A stretch of DNA of 64,000 nt from Mobula hypostoma (GCF_963921235.1 NC_086097.1:231572001-231636000); one strand, 5' to 3'. Counted from the first letter of the stretch, positions 48,639-61,000 are shown. The notes: generated by a model from the sequence alone, not told the origin. Numbers and translations are program-made.

Positions 48639-50479
48639 TATTTTAATATTGTGTAACTCCTAGCACAATGCAACATGTTAAGACAGCCTTTCTTTAATAG
48701 CAGTTTCTATATGAGTTATAAGATGCTGGATTTAAGAACTGATTTAGCGTTAGAGCATGTCTAATATTTTCACTGTAGTGAGTGGATTGCCACATACACC
48801 ATTTCCCCTTGTGTCTCTGGTTTATTTTAACTCTAACTGTTTTACCTTGACTGGATTTAAACAGCGTGCACTTGTTACCGTGATGGTCTGGAAAATTCAT
48901 CTGTGTCTGTTAGCAGCTTGAAATTTAATGACACTTTCAAATGCATACTTCTGTACTTCCATGTATAAATCATCGTGAAATTCCCGCCATAAAAACAGAA
49001 TTGATTTAAGTAAGTTATTTGTTTTGGTCAGTTTATAAATTGTTCTGCTGTGATGAGAACAGGCAACAGCACCTCTTCTTCCATCCACAAAGACATGGTG
49101 GAAGTCACATACACTCTCTTCACTCCTGTGTTCTGACGCTCAATCCAAAAATTAAAGTAATTAATTGTGCACATTTTCAATACTGGTAATTTAGTAGAAA
49201 TTTATACCAGATAAGGGTCCTGGAAAACAATGAGTGCTTCCTGAGCCCTCAACACAATCAATTCCTGCGGATCTGTCGGTTGTCTTTCCTGAAAGTTTTT
49301 GAGCAATGCGCACTTGTGAGACCCATGGCCCAGGGAGACAACCTGAGGACTGACAGGACAAATTGAAGACTTTTCAGAATGGCCACAGCTCTTTTCCTGG
49401 CCAAGAGTTGGCAGTTCTTTCCTTATTCCTTGGCCTGGTTGCCCTTCATGTTGCTTGGGAAACTCTGGGAGCAGGAAATGAAAGCAATTTTTATCTCCGA
49501 CCCTAGGTGAACCTAATTCCAGGGGTTATGGTAGTTTCTCCTGTCTGCGATTACACAGTCTCCAGTCAGGAATTTCTTTTATCAAATGCACGTATTCTTG
49601 ATTGATCATCTTTCGGATTCTGTCTTCATTGTCCGTTGTTATTATTGTCCAGAACAGTAGTTGCTAATTCGACCATGAACGCTGATACAAACAAAGTTTG
49701 CTTTTGCAACTGAAATTCAGTTCTAATGCTTCATTCCCCAAAGTTTGGTTTAGCTCCTGGCTAGTTTAGTAAATCTTCATTTTGAACATGTGAGTGCTCA
49801 AAACACTGGAAAATCTATTTATGAATGAAAGTTATAAAAGTTAAGATTGCGGATAGATATTAGACAGATTTGAACAGATATAAGAGTTATTAACAAGGAT
49901 GAAGCAACTTCTACTTACCCAGCACTTTCAACATGACAGAAAATTCAATGTTTTACAGGAGTGTTTCCAAATAAAATGTGACACTGAACAACTTGAGGTG
50001 ATACTATAGAAAAAGCCTTTTGCCTAGACGTAGACAAATGCTTAAGGAATGTCTCAAGCAATGATAAACAACTTTCTTGCAGGAAAAGTCAGACTGACAA
50101 TCAGAATAAATCTGAAGGCCATTTATATTTTATTCAGGCAAACCCCAAAACTTAGGTGGTTAGCACGGTTCCCACTGAGCTGCGTGGGTGTGCGGTTGCA
50201 CAGTAATTGAAACGCTCCCACGCACACAGCCCCTACTGGCCTGCAGCTGGAGTAAAGGTAGACCAGAAAAAGTTTGTGAAACATGAAAGATTCTCTTTGT
50301 TGTACTGTATTTCAAAATATTCTTCAATTAATAAATAAAATCAAAAGTATCTGATTTCTCAATTTTCATGCTAAATATCCATGGTTTGAATATTACAAAA
50401 AAAACACTTAAAGTACCGTGCAGTTTTCAGGCTATGTAAAAACTTCCTACTCAGAACAATTGTTGGTCCGCTCAGCTGT

Positions 50480-51190
50480 AAAAAAAAAATTAGCAGAAAG
50501 GTTGGAGGTTAGCAAACTTTTTGAATCCATTTTAAGAGATATTTTAAATATTAATTCAGAAGCACACAGCTTAATCAGAATAAGTCAGAATCCAAATCAG
50601 AATCAGGTTTAATATCACTGGCATATGTCATGAAATTTGTTAACATAGCTGCAGAGGTGCAATGCAATACATGATAGTTTCAAAAAAAAGATAAATAAGT
50701 AAATCAGTTATAGTAAAAATATATATGTATATTAAATAGTTAAATTAAAAATAGTGCAAAACAGAAATAATGAAAAATGAGGTAGTGTTTATGGGTTTAA
50801 TGTCTATTTAGGAATCGGATGGCAGACGGGAAGAAGCTGTTCTTGAATCGCTGAGTGCGTGTCTTCAGGCTTCTGTCTTCTGTAAAGGGGAGGCTGTGTC
50901 TGAGTAATGTGTTTTTGGGAAGCTACAAAGACATATATAAAAGCAGTGGGTTTAACATTGTCTACATGGACTTTAGTAAGGCTTTTAGTTGGGTTCCACG
51001 TGGCAATCTGTTCAAAACAGTACCGAAGGAAAGCGCAAATTGGATCCAAATTTGTTCAATGGCAAGAAGAAAAGCGTTATGATTGATGGGTGTTTTGTAA
51101 CTGGGAGGCCAATAATCAGTGGGATTCAATGCTTCATTCCTTGCTTTTGTAGCACTATATATTAATGATATAGACATTGAAGTATAATGA
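50480..51190 (+). mobile_element. Highly degraded CR1 RT fragment with a Rex1 tail (minus, 50585-50880) inserted
   Basis: VYMDFSKAF..VP motif at ~50960-51000; 'tcagaatcaggtttaatatcac' Rex1 tail. Confidence 0.7.
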
Positions 51191-51448
51191 TATGGATCCT
51201 AAAGGGCAGACAGATAGTAGCATAGCAGTTAGTGCAACATTTACAGGACCAGCTGTAAGATCGGACTTCGATCTCACGGTGTCTTACAATTAAAGTGTCT
51301 GCATGCGATGGTTTCTCTCTCCCTCTCCCTCTCCCTCGCTACTCGCTACTCCTGTGTTCGAATGGTCTCTCTCCCCCTCGCTTGACCTTAGCAGGTGATG
51401 GTGCCAGGGTTCTGGATCTTGAGCAAGGTTTGATCAGTGCGGCTCGTG

Positions 51449-52100
51449 GGTGGACCGTATGGTGCGGGTGGACTGTATGATGCGGGTGGACCGTATGATG
51501 CGGGTGGACCGTATGGTGCGGGTGGACCGTACGGTGCGGGTGGACTGTATGGTGCGGGTGGACCGTATGATGCGGGTGGACTGTATGATGCGGGTGGACC
51601 GTATGGTGCGGGTGGACCGTATGGGTGGACTGTATGGTGCGGGTGGACCGTATGGTGCGGGTGGACCGTATGGGTGGACTGTATGGTGCGGGTGGACCGT
51701 ATGGTGCGGGTGGACCGTATGGGTGGACTGTATGGTGCGGGTGGACCGTATGGTGCGGGTGGACCGTATGGGTGGACTGTATGGTGCGGGTGGACCGTAT
51801 GGTGCGGGTGGACCGTATGGGTGGACTGTATGGTGCGGGTGGACCGTATGGTGCGGGTGGACCGTATGGGTGGACTGTATGATGTGGGTGGACCGTATGA
51901 TGCGGGTGGACCGTATGGTGTGGGTGGACCGTATGGTGCGGGTGGACCGTATGGTGCGGGTGGACCGTATGGGTGGACTGTATGATGTGGGTGGACCGTA
52001 TGATGCGGGTGGATCGTATGGTGTGGGTGGACCGTATGGGTGGACTGTATGGTGCGGGTGGACCGTATGGGTGGACCGTATGGTGCGGGTGGACCGTATG
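51449..52100. repeat. G-rich minisatellite, 18-bp unit GGTGGACYGTATGRTGCG with 13-bp variant
   Basis: Direct reading of the tandem units; five consecutive 49-bp higher-order units at 51624-51868. Confidence 0.97.
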
Positions 52101-52439
52101 GCTCGCATTATGATGTATTTCCGGCTTCTGGTTGCTCCTTTTTTTTGTTGATGTTTTGGGCGGATTTGATCGGGGTGGCCGGTAGATAACGAACACCGAG
52201 CTGAACTGAATATACCTGGACTTTTTTCAATTTTGTGATTTTCACTCTTTTTATTTGTTGCCGTGGGGGTGGGTGGTTAGTGTACTTCTGCAAGTGTTCC
52301 ATGGTGTCTCTTTGTTTTGTGACTGTCTATGGGTAAGACGAATCTCAGGGCATGCATACTTTGAGAATAAGTGTAATTTGAATCTTTGTGATTCTGGCCT
52401 CTGTCTATATGTACGTTCTCCATGCCATGCTTCTGACAC

Positions 52440-52630
52440 CAGCAGAACATGCCCGTACCTCAGCATATCTTGGGGGGAAGCTGGAGCAGCCGGGGGTAAC
52501 CCACGGTCACGAGGAGGACGTGTGAACTCCTGACAGACAGAGGCAGGAATCGAAGCCTGAGCTCACAGCTGGCTCTGTAAAGTGTTGCACTACTGTGCAG
52601 CCCCTGTCCAACTGTGCTGCTAACGTACTT
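52440..52630 (-). mobile_element. V-domain SINE remnant
   Basis: Reverse complement contains 'cttcgattcc', 'ggagttcacacgtcctcctcgtgaccgtgggttaccccc', similar to 35966-36205. Confidence 0.6.
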
Positions 52631-52994
52631 GCAGCAGCGTCTTGGACACCTAGGATCAGAGACAGCACATTGACAAGAAAAGCAAAAATTAAACACGGGT
52701 TATACAGAATTATCCAAGAAAGAACAGAATTGGAACAAAAAAACTGGGACGATACTGCAATGGGTGCTGTGCTAGCATACTACATAGTCATTTTGAACTT
52801 GGTGAACATAACCTTTACTTTCTGCACAGTGCAATCTCACCAACACCGACAGCACAAGTGGAGCAATACTTGTTAGAAGAGTGGATGGCTGTACCTATGT
52901 GAACTGGGATGGGTGATGTCTGCACAGTAAGACACAACCTGTGCTCCACAATTCTAGAAATTGACCAAAATTGTTTTAATACCTTACTCTGCCT

Positions 52995-53660
52995 GGATCT
53001 AACCTGGTCCCAACATATTGATGTTGTTATAAAGAAGGCAAGACAGCGGCTACACTTCATTACAAGTTTGAAGAGATTTGGCATGCAACAAATACACTTA
53101 AAAACCTCTATAGTTATACTGTGGAGAGCATTCTGACAGGCTGCATCACTGTCTGGTATGGGGGGGCTACTGCACAGGACCGAAAGAAGCTGCAGAAGGT
53201 TGTAAATCTAACCGGCTCCATGTTGGGCACTAGCCTACAAAGTACCCAGGGCATCTTCAGGGAGTGGTGTCTCAGAAAGGCAGCATCCATTATTAAGGAC
53301 CTCCAGCACCCAGGGTATGCCCTTTTCTCACTGTTACCATCAGGTAGGAGGTACAGAGGCCTGAAGGCACACATTCAGTGATTCAGGAACAGCTTCTTCC
53401 CCTCTGCCATCCGATTCCCAAATGGACATTGAATCTTTGGACACTACCTCACTTTTTTAATATGCAGTATTTCTGTTTTTGCATGTTTTTTTATCTATTC
53501 AATATACATAATTGACATACTTGTTTATTTCTTATTTTTATTTTATTTTATTTATTTTTTTCTCTGCTAGATTATGTATTGCATTGAACTGCTGCTGCTA
53601 AGTTAACACATTTAATGTCACATGCCGGTGATAATAAACCTGATTCTGATTCTGATTCTG
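52995..53660 (+). mobile_element. Rex1/Babar-type LINE 3' end
   Basis: KKARQRLHF, ESILTGCITVWYG, LLPSGRRYR; AATAAA plus (GATTCT)n tail. Confidence 0.9.
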
Positions 53661-54029
53661 CTCTTAGATAACCTGGGCTCTGTGAATGCATACGCTCTGA
53701 AGAGAGACAGAGAGAAAGATTCATCCTATGCTCTGTTGGAAAATGGGCTTCCAAGAGTCAAAAACTGCTCAGTCAGATCTGTTGTAAGAATCCCTCAAAA
53801 AAGAGATCTCAGTGACTCAAATAAACAAAACATACAATTATTCCTGGAGCCAGCTGTCTGGATAGTTTTTCTGGTCTATGAAATTATAACAGTGGATGAC
53901 AAAGATTTTGCTTACTGAATACTTTTGGGTGTATCTTATGGATTTTGGGATGTTGTTCATGAAGATCACCATGAAATTTCCCAATTACACACCATGTTTT
54001 GAAATCACCTAAATCTGTTACTACAATTC

Positions 54030-54280
54030 ATTGCCTTGCTTTTAGTTAGTTGCACGGTGGGTTTTTTTTGGGGTTTTTTTTTTCTTTTTTTTCCATTGAT
54101 ATATATAAAATTTAGTATACTATTATGTTATCTTGGTTTCTTATGTTTAAATTACATTGTTTGTAGTATTTTTTTTTGGTATTGATACCTTTTGGAATTT
54201 TATTATACTTTAACATTGTATTAATGTTTATATGGCTTACCTTTTTTGTATACTTACTCAATAAAAAGATTTAAAAAGAA
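54030..54280 (+). mobile_element. Probable LINE 3' tail (L1/Tx1-like, T-rich UTR, polyA signal)
   Basis: T-rich tract followed by AATAAAAAGATTTAAAAAGAAAG. Confidence 0.4.
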
Positions 54281-54284
54281 AGAC

Positions 54285-54919
54285 AATTCATAATTCAAGT
54301 CAGAATAACTGATGCTAAGATTAAACAAGCCATTTTTGTTGGTCCACAAATCAAACAGGTTATCGATGACAGGTAATTTGACGTACTTCTCGTGGGACCA
54401 GAGAAAATTGCATGGAAGGCATTCAAAGATGTTGCCAAAAATTTTCTTGGCAAACTGCGTGCAGTCAAGCATATAAAATCATGAAGTGCATCATGTCACT
54501 AATGATTCATCTTTTACATTCCCATTTGGACTTCTTCCCTGCAAATCTTGGCACTGTCAGTGACGAGAATGGTGAAAGGTTTCACCAGGACATTGTGGTC
54601 ATGAAGAAACGGAATCAGGGAAACTGGAATCCATCAATGCTGGCTGATCATTACTGGCCACTTGAGCGAGAAGCCTCAGACACTGAGTACAAATGAAAAT
54701 CGTCAACAAAACATTTTTAGCTTAGTTGAACTATTGCAAAGCATCAGCATCGTTATGCAATTAAATGCACTATATTCAATAAAAGTTAATTTCTTGTTTC
54801 TCTAATTCCTACATGACACAAATAGTCTGAAATTGTATTTCTATTCAGCTTCAATCGGAGAATCATAAACAAAACAAAATTCTGAGGAAGCAACACTTCT
54901 GAAAAATTTGTTGCCAGTG
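54285..54919 (+). mobile_element. Chapaev3-like (CMC) transposase 3' fragment and right terminus
   Basis: KIKQAIFVGPQIK..AWKAFK; MSLMIHLLHSHLDFFPANLGTVSDENGERFHQDI..QGNWNPSMLADHYW; ends ...GTTGCCAGTG|TAA. Confidence 0.75.
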
Positions 54920-55478
54920 TAAGTGGTGAAATTCTCCTCAGCCTGTGAACCCAGAGACAATTGAGGAGACTAATTACGTTACCGAGATAAAAGGCAAAAG
55001 GCTGTTTCAAACTTGACGCATCAAATACCTGCCCAAATTACACTTGGCTGCTTATTCATATAATTTGTAATTACTAAAACTGAAAGCCCGTACTAAAACC
55101 TGTACTTGAACAAAAAGCATTTGCTGGAAAGTTTCTTGCATCTTTATCGGACAACATTCAATTGTCAATTTGTTAAAATTGGCTATTTGTCTGAAATCTT
55201 ATTGAAATAACATACACCAATACTAACAAATGAAATTGTGTTTGGTCAGCCTCGAATATAATTCAGAATTATGACTGTATCATTAAAAGTCAAATGGAAC
55301 AAATGCCACAGATACAGAAGAGAAGGACACGGGAGTGCTAAGGACACTATTCCTTTCGACCAAAAGCAGGAAACATCTGATGAACAGAAAACAAATAGGA
55401 TGTGAAATTTGGGTAAGGTTTTTCTGGATGAATGTACTAAAACCTTCATCAAGAATAACCTGCCTGTGAATTCAGTGG

Positions 55479-55610
55479 ACACACATCAAAGTTGCTGGTG
55501 AATGCAACAGGCCAGGCAGCATCTCTAGGAAGAGGTACAGTCAACGTTTCGGGCCGAGACCCTTCGTCAGGACTAACTGGAAGAGAAGCAGAATTCCTCG
55601 TGTTTACGTT
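55479..55610 (-). mobile_element. 132-bp Penelope terminal insertion with intact hammerhead motif and inverted tip
   Basis: 14-bp TSD TGTGAATTCAGTGG (55465-55478, 55611-55624); last ~23 bp are the inverted element terminus. Confidence 0.88.
55539..55574 (-). ncRNA. Minimal type-I hammerhead ribozyme motif, best copy
   Basis: Minus strand AGTC-CTGACGA-AGGGTCTCGGCCC-GAAAC-GTT-GACT. Confidence 0.75.
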
Positions 55611-55658
55611 TGTGAATTCAGTGGGATCTGAATTGACTTGATCAGTCCATGAGCTTCA

Positions 55659-55690
55659 GCAGTTCTCTGTTTGACCACTAGATGGGGCAC
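55659..55690 (+). promoter_or_regulatory. Possible CTCF-like site
   Basis: CCACTAGATGGGGCAC resembles CCASYAGRKGGCRS with one mismatch at a conserved C; GCAGTTCT upstream. Confidence 0.25.
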
Positions 55691-57329
55691 TTTGCAATCC
55701 TGCACATTCCTTCTTGGGCAAAGGCATAAATAAATTACAGTTCAATGTCTGCTTTTGTATTATGGAACTTGACGGCTAAACACAGAACAAACAGTGATAG
55801 TGACTGTGCAAAAGACTCCCATTATGGAACTGCTGAGAGATGTTGAGTATTCAATCTGCGACCAGTTCAGAAATGATGAGATTTGAGGCTGAATCCTTCA
55901 TATTCTTGATTAACATCTTTCTTACTGTCTATCTGCACTGCATTTTCTTTGTACTGTAACACTTCATTCTGCACTCTGCTATTGTTTTACCTTGTACGTG
56001 CTCAATGCACCGCTGTAATGAATTGATCTGCATGGGCAGTGTGCAAGACAAGTTTTCCCAATACATGTCACAATAATAAGCCAATTTACCAAATGCTTTC
56101 TGCTGAAGTTTGGACAGATGCACATACATGAAGTAGCTAGGGAAATTAATAAAAGTGGCTCAGATGTTTTTATAGATTTGATAAATAATGCATTCATTCA
56201 AAGTAGATCTCATTAAGAAACCTCAAAATGGTGCTGAACCATTGAAACTAAAGAGAATTTTTATTTCCCATTAATAGTCTATACAATTTGAATAATGTAT
56301 AATTATTTTCATCATATTTTGTTGAATAAATTACAGTGATGTTCTACTAATCAATCAATAATATAAACAAGCCTGGCTGGTATTATCTGAATAAATGGTG
56401 TAGCATCACTGGATATACTGTAGTTCCGGTAAGGTAGTGAGATGTTTGGTTTCAGCTGCCTCTCCTGGTCCAACTGATGGTGTAATTAGACCATAAGTCA
56501 TAGGAACAGAATTAGTCATTCGGTCCATCAAATGGTCCATCCTTCCATCATGCCATCATGGCTGACTTGCACATGGGGGTATGATGTTCTTGGTATTGGT
56601 TGTGCAATTTATTTTTGTTTGTGCATGGGGAGGGGGAGTTTGATGTTTTTCTTTGAACAGCTTCCATGGTTTTCTTTGTTTGGTGACTGTGGGGAAGACA
56701 CACCTCAGGGTGGTATACTGTTAACATACTTTGATACTAAATGTACTTTGAACTCTGAATTTCGAACTTTAATTATCGCTTTCAACCCTAGTTTTTAAGC
56801 AAGCAAACAAAATATGCCTGGAAACAAAAGGAAAGGCAGTCTGCATTGGAAACAGAATATATCGGAGTGATGCAAATATTTGTGAAATCAAGCATGAAAA
56901 TACAAAGATTAAAAACGAGTTCTTGTATTTTCTGATGGCATGCATTACAGGCTTCTCAGGAGCAACATATTCCTGTAACTTTCAGATATGCAGAAAATAC
57001 ATTGGTGGCATGCCTGCTTCATGAAACATTCATTTTCATTTCGCAGAAATTGACTTTCAGCTCTGCACTCTTAACATTTAAAGCACATTCAGTAAAACCA
57101 TAAATAAAAACAGAAAACGGTGGGAACACTCGGCAGCTCAGGCAAGATCTGTAAATAACTGCTCTCTCCGCAGATGCTGCCTGACCATTTCCGTTGTCTT
57201 TGTTTCAGATTCTCAGCATCTGCAGATTTCGTTTTTGATTTTTCACACCAATCAGCTAAGCATATTCACAGCACTGAAAAGTCACCCTTGGCTGCCATTT
57301 TTCGTACTATTTCTGCCGGTTAGCACCAA

Positions 57330-58097
57330 TGCTTTCCGTAAACTTTCTGAGGGCTCATGGAAAGTGGATCTGTCCACCATTGCAAATTGTTCAGCCTTTG
57401 TGTTTTTCTTACGATTGCCAAGACCCTGCTGGATTTGAGAACGGCAGGACTACCCCACTTGTGAGTTTCTGGATAAGTGGTGGATCAGTGCAGGGATTGT
57501 TATGTACCATGTCGATGCCCACTGCAGTCACCCAGCGAAGGAGGCTTCAGGGGTGGTGCACAGTCCTGCAAGCCGTTGTCTTGGATGTTTTTCTTGTGAT
57601 CACAAGACCCTGCTGGACTTTACAAGTCCGATTCTTTGGCGAGACCAACAGCGGGGGAGCTGCACGGTCTCAGCTGCTGTGCGGACCGAGCCCTCACAGG
57701 TGCCGCCTGTTGCCGTTCCCCCGGAGAGAGAGCAGAGGCGTGGTGGGTGTGCTGGAGTCCATGCTGGACTGGAGACTGGCTCTCCTCAATGCTGCTGCCC
57801 TTCAGAGTTTGTGCTCATTTGTGGCTTCGTTAGCACGTGATAAGGAACAGCTGTATGCTTGTTCTTACAGAAAAGTGGCCCCGGGCCAACCTCCCAGGCA
57901 TCGTCAATCTTCAGGCCATATGCCACTCAGGGACTGGGATATGTTTTGTCGTGACCGTATGTTTTCTGCTATCATAACCCTATGTGCCAAATATCTGCTG
58001 TGTGTGACTCCTGGTACTGCGTTTCGTAGCGTGGCCCCAGAGGAACGCTGTTTCATTTGGCTGTGTATGGTTGAACGGCAATTGAACTTGAACTTGT
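57330..58097 (+). mobile_element. LINE 3' UTR remnant with (TTGAAC)n tail
   Basis: Ends 'caattgaacttgaacttg'; GC-richer than flanks; no protein motifs. Confidence 0.5.
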
Positions 58098-61000
58098 AAT
58101 TTATAGCAAAGGAGACAATTTGATATGAATGCTGAAAGACACAGCAAGGAGAGGTAAATAAAATGAAAATTAATTATGTACACAATGGAAATTAGTAAAA
58201 TAAACAGGAATGCTAATTCCTGTAAATCTAACAGAGCAGTGGGAATTGAACCCAGGTCACAGCTACGGTAAAGCATTGCATTTCGCCACTGTGGCGCCCC
58301 ATTATATTATCATGTCATAAACCAGAAAAATCTACCCAGACATCTGACTTCAGGGAGTTGATTCTCTTATTCAGCTCATGGATATAAAATGTTCCTTTCC
58401 AACTCCAGGCTCAGAGTTCCATTTTAAATTCGCAATCTTTGGCCAAGGTAAGACGTCAAATTTTACAAGAATAATGATTTAATTAACTTAGAGGTGAGAC
58501 CATTCCTCGTTCTATAATTTTAGATCCTATACACCATCAGGAGATATTTGATGCTGAAGGGTGATAGACAGGATGGTTCACCAGGGTTAATATAGGTGAA
58601 ATTTTCACCAAGGTTCACCATGGTCGCTCAGAGTTCATTTGATAGTTTGCTATTATGCAGTATAAGCTAGCAAGTTGCTGTTATCATTCTTATCTTTATT
58701 GGACCTGTATACTAAGACTTTGCATTCTGCTTTCCTGTTGTGAACTTCCAGACTTTCAGTCCTGTCTGTGCTCTACACTAACAGGTTCACCTTTGATTCC
58801 AGAGTCTTAGCATAAAGATTGAGGGAGAATGCTGTTGCTTCCCTTAATTAATTTTTCATTCTGCGCCCATTTCATAACCCTGTTCAGTAAGATTTCGAAA
58901 AAAGAGCTGTTTTAAAAAAATGAGTGTGTTAGATCGTATTACATATCGGTGCTGCCAAATAAGGGTTGTTACTGGTGAACAGTGCCTGTATTTTGATTTA
59001 AGTCTTAGATGTACAGTGACCAATGCAAACGTAAGCCTTCGGGAACATGAGAATCTGTCAGGTCAGCAGAAAAGGTCATTGGCTGTGGTCTACCATCACC
59101 ACAGGACTCGTATGTGTCCAGGACAATGCAGTGGACGGGAAAAATCATTGCAGACACTAGTCATCCTGCAAACTGCCTTTGCCAAAAGCTTCCCTCTGAA
59201 AAGCGCTATAGGGCTATTAAACCTAAAACTTGACGCCATCTTAAAAACTTCTGGCCAGTTAATCTCATCAGCCATTCTAGCTACCGCGCCCCCTATCCAT
59301 TACTTCAGTCCCTGTAGTGCAAACACTTTAAACCACTTTTTATAATGCTGTTTACACTGTAAATACATGCTGGCATTTATGTATTTGTGCACATTTTATT
59401 TAATATCCATACTTTAATCCCTAGTGTTTTAAGTACATTTTATATAATTCTTTTGAATAACTGTTGAATCTTACTGTTTTTGTTGCATGTCGCACACCAA
59501 CACACCCCAGCAAATTCCTAGTACATGCAGATGCTAATCAAGTTGATCTTTGATCCTTGAATGGAGGGCAAGGGAGGAGGAGGAGGAAGAATAGAAAGGA
59601 TCGATATAGCAGTTACATTGTATATTCAGAATCAGGTTTGATACCATCGGAATATGTTGTGAAACTTGACTTTGCCCCAGCAGTACACAACACTACAAAA
59701 TAATAAAGAAAAGACATGAATTACAGAAAGTATCTATATATTAAATAGTTAAATTAAATAAGTAGTGCAAAAATAGAAATTAAAAAAGTAGTTCATGGGT
59801 TCAATGTCCATTCAGAAATTGGATTGCTTTTAATTTTCTATTGTGTTCTTTATTTCTTGTGCTGCTTTGCATCCAGGATAACAGTAATTTTTATCTCCTT
59901 TACACTCGTGTACTAACAATATTGCATCTTAATCAACCATGGGGTGGAAGTGAGAGCAAATGTTTGTGGAACTGAATGTATAACTTTAAAAAGTTCAATT
60001 TGGGCTCCATTTTCAATGTGTTTTTCTTGACTTCCATGTGCAGTGTAACAGCAACGTGGACCACTCTTCTCATAACCTTCTCGAAGCTGAAGTCGGTATC
60101 ACATGGCCTTTACCTTAAAGCAATTTGGCAACTGTCGTAGGAAATGCTGAAGGGTTTAATCAAGTATTATTACCACATGTTTAAAATTAACTAATGCCTT
60201 ATCTCCTGTTGGCAAGGTATAACTTTCAGAGATTGCACAGCATAATGGAAATAGTATGGATATGCATTTTCACATGTCGCTGGTCCTTCAGGTAAATATA
60301 ATGAGCAAAGTTGCTCAAGTTAAATGAATTCAACAACAGGGGACAGAAATATCTTTTCCACTGTGGAGGAAACAACACCGAGTTTGACACCTTCTTGTAC
60401 CTTTATATTGGATTGACTCTTTGTCCTACGTTCACAAAAATGAACAAACCTGGAAATCAGAAGCTTCATAAGTAATCTTTTAAAATGTTAAAGCAGATAA
60501 CATAGATCTTATGGCAATAAATCTTCTGTACAAAACTTTTTATTTTATTGTTGGCTTCGATGCCTAACCATTTTTAAACTTTGAATTTCATAAAGGTGTA
60601 TATGAACATAACATCATTTTAAAGATATGCATAATATAATATTGAGGGCACAGAGAAAAGCCAATACAAGCTACAATATAAAACATTCTTATCACAGCTA
60701 CTTTATTTTCTTATTTTTGGAAAAGCAACTTTACTGACCCTTTAAAGTTTAATACCAACACCACTCAGGTATTTGTAGAATGACTATTGATTTGGTATAA
60801 CCCCATGGCTATAAAATTTGATAAATATGTTACTTATTAACTTTTTCTGGAGGTCATTTGTTTGTTTCTCATAGGTTATGTTAAAAGCTCCCACAAATCC
60901 TTAAATCAGCATTATTGATTTTTTTTATTGAAACTCCAATGATGATGTGTCAACTTTAAAGTGGGCACGTCAAGGTTAATAGTTCATTTTTGCATTGCAT

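Noticed and set aside
51449..52100. CRISPR-like array
   Set aside because: Units are contiguous with no unique spacers; eukaryotic context.
51339..52196. Long His/Pro/Gly-rich ORFs (182-285 aa) on both strands
   Set aside because: They arise from a stop-free minisatellite open in several frames at once; the 13-bp units shift frame; no gene context.
57329..58099. 256-aa ORF as host gene
   Set aside because: No recognisable domain; it ends in a (TTGAAC)n retroelement tail, so it is probably a chance ORF in a LINE UTR.
58575..58625. Three short TTCACCANGG repeats
   Set aside because: Too short and irregular to distinguish from local slippage.
60025..60100. Possible small exon (polypyrimidine tract, CAG, then GT)
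   Set aside because: Weak donor site and no recognisable peptide; cannot be supported without transcript data.
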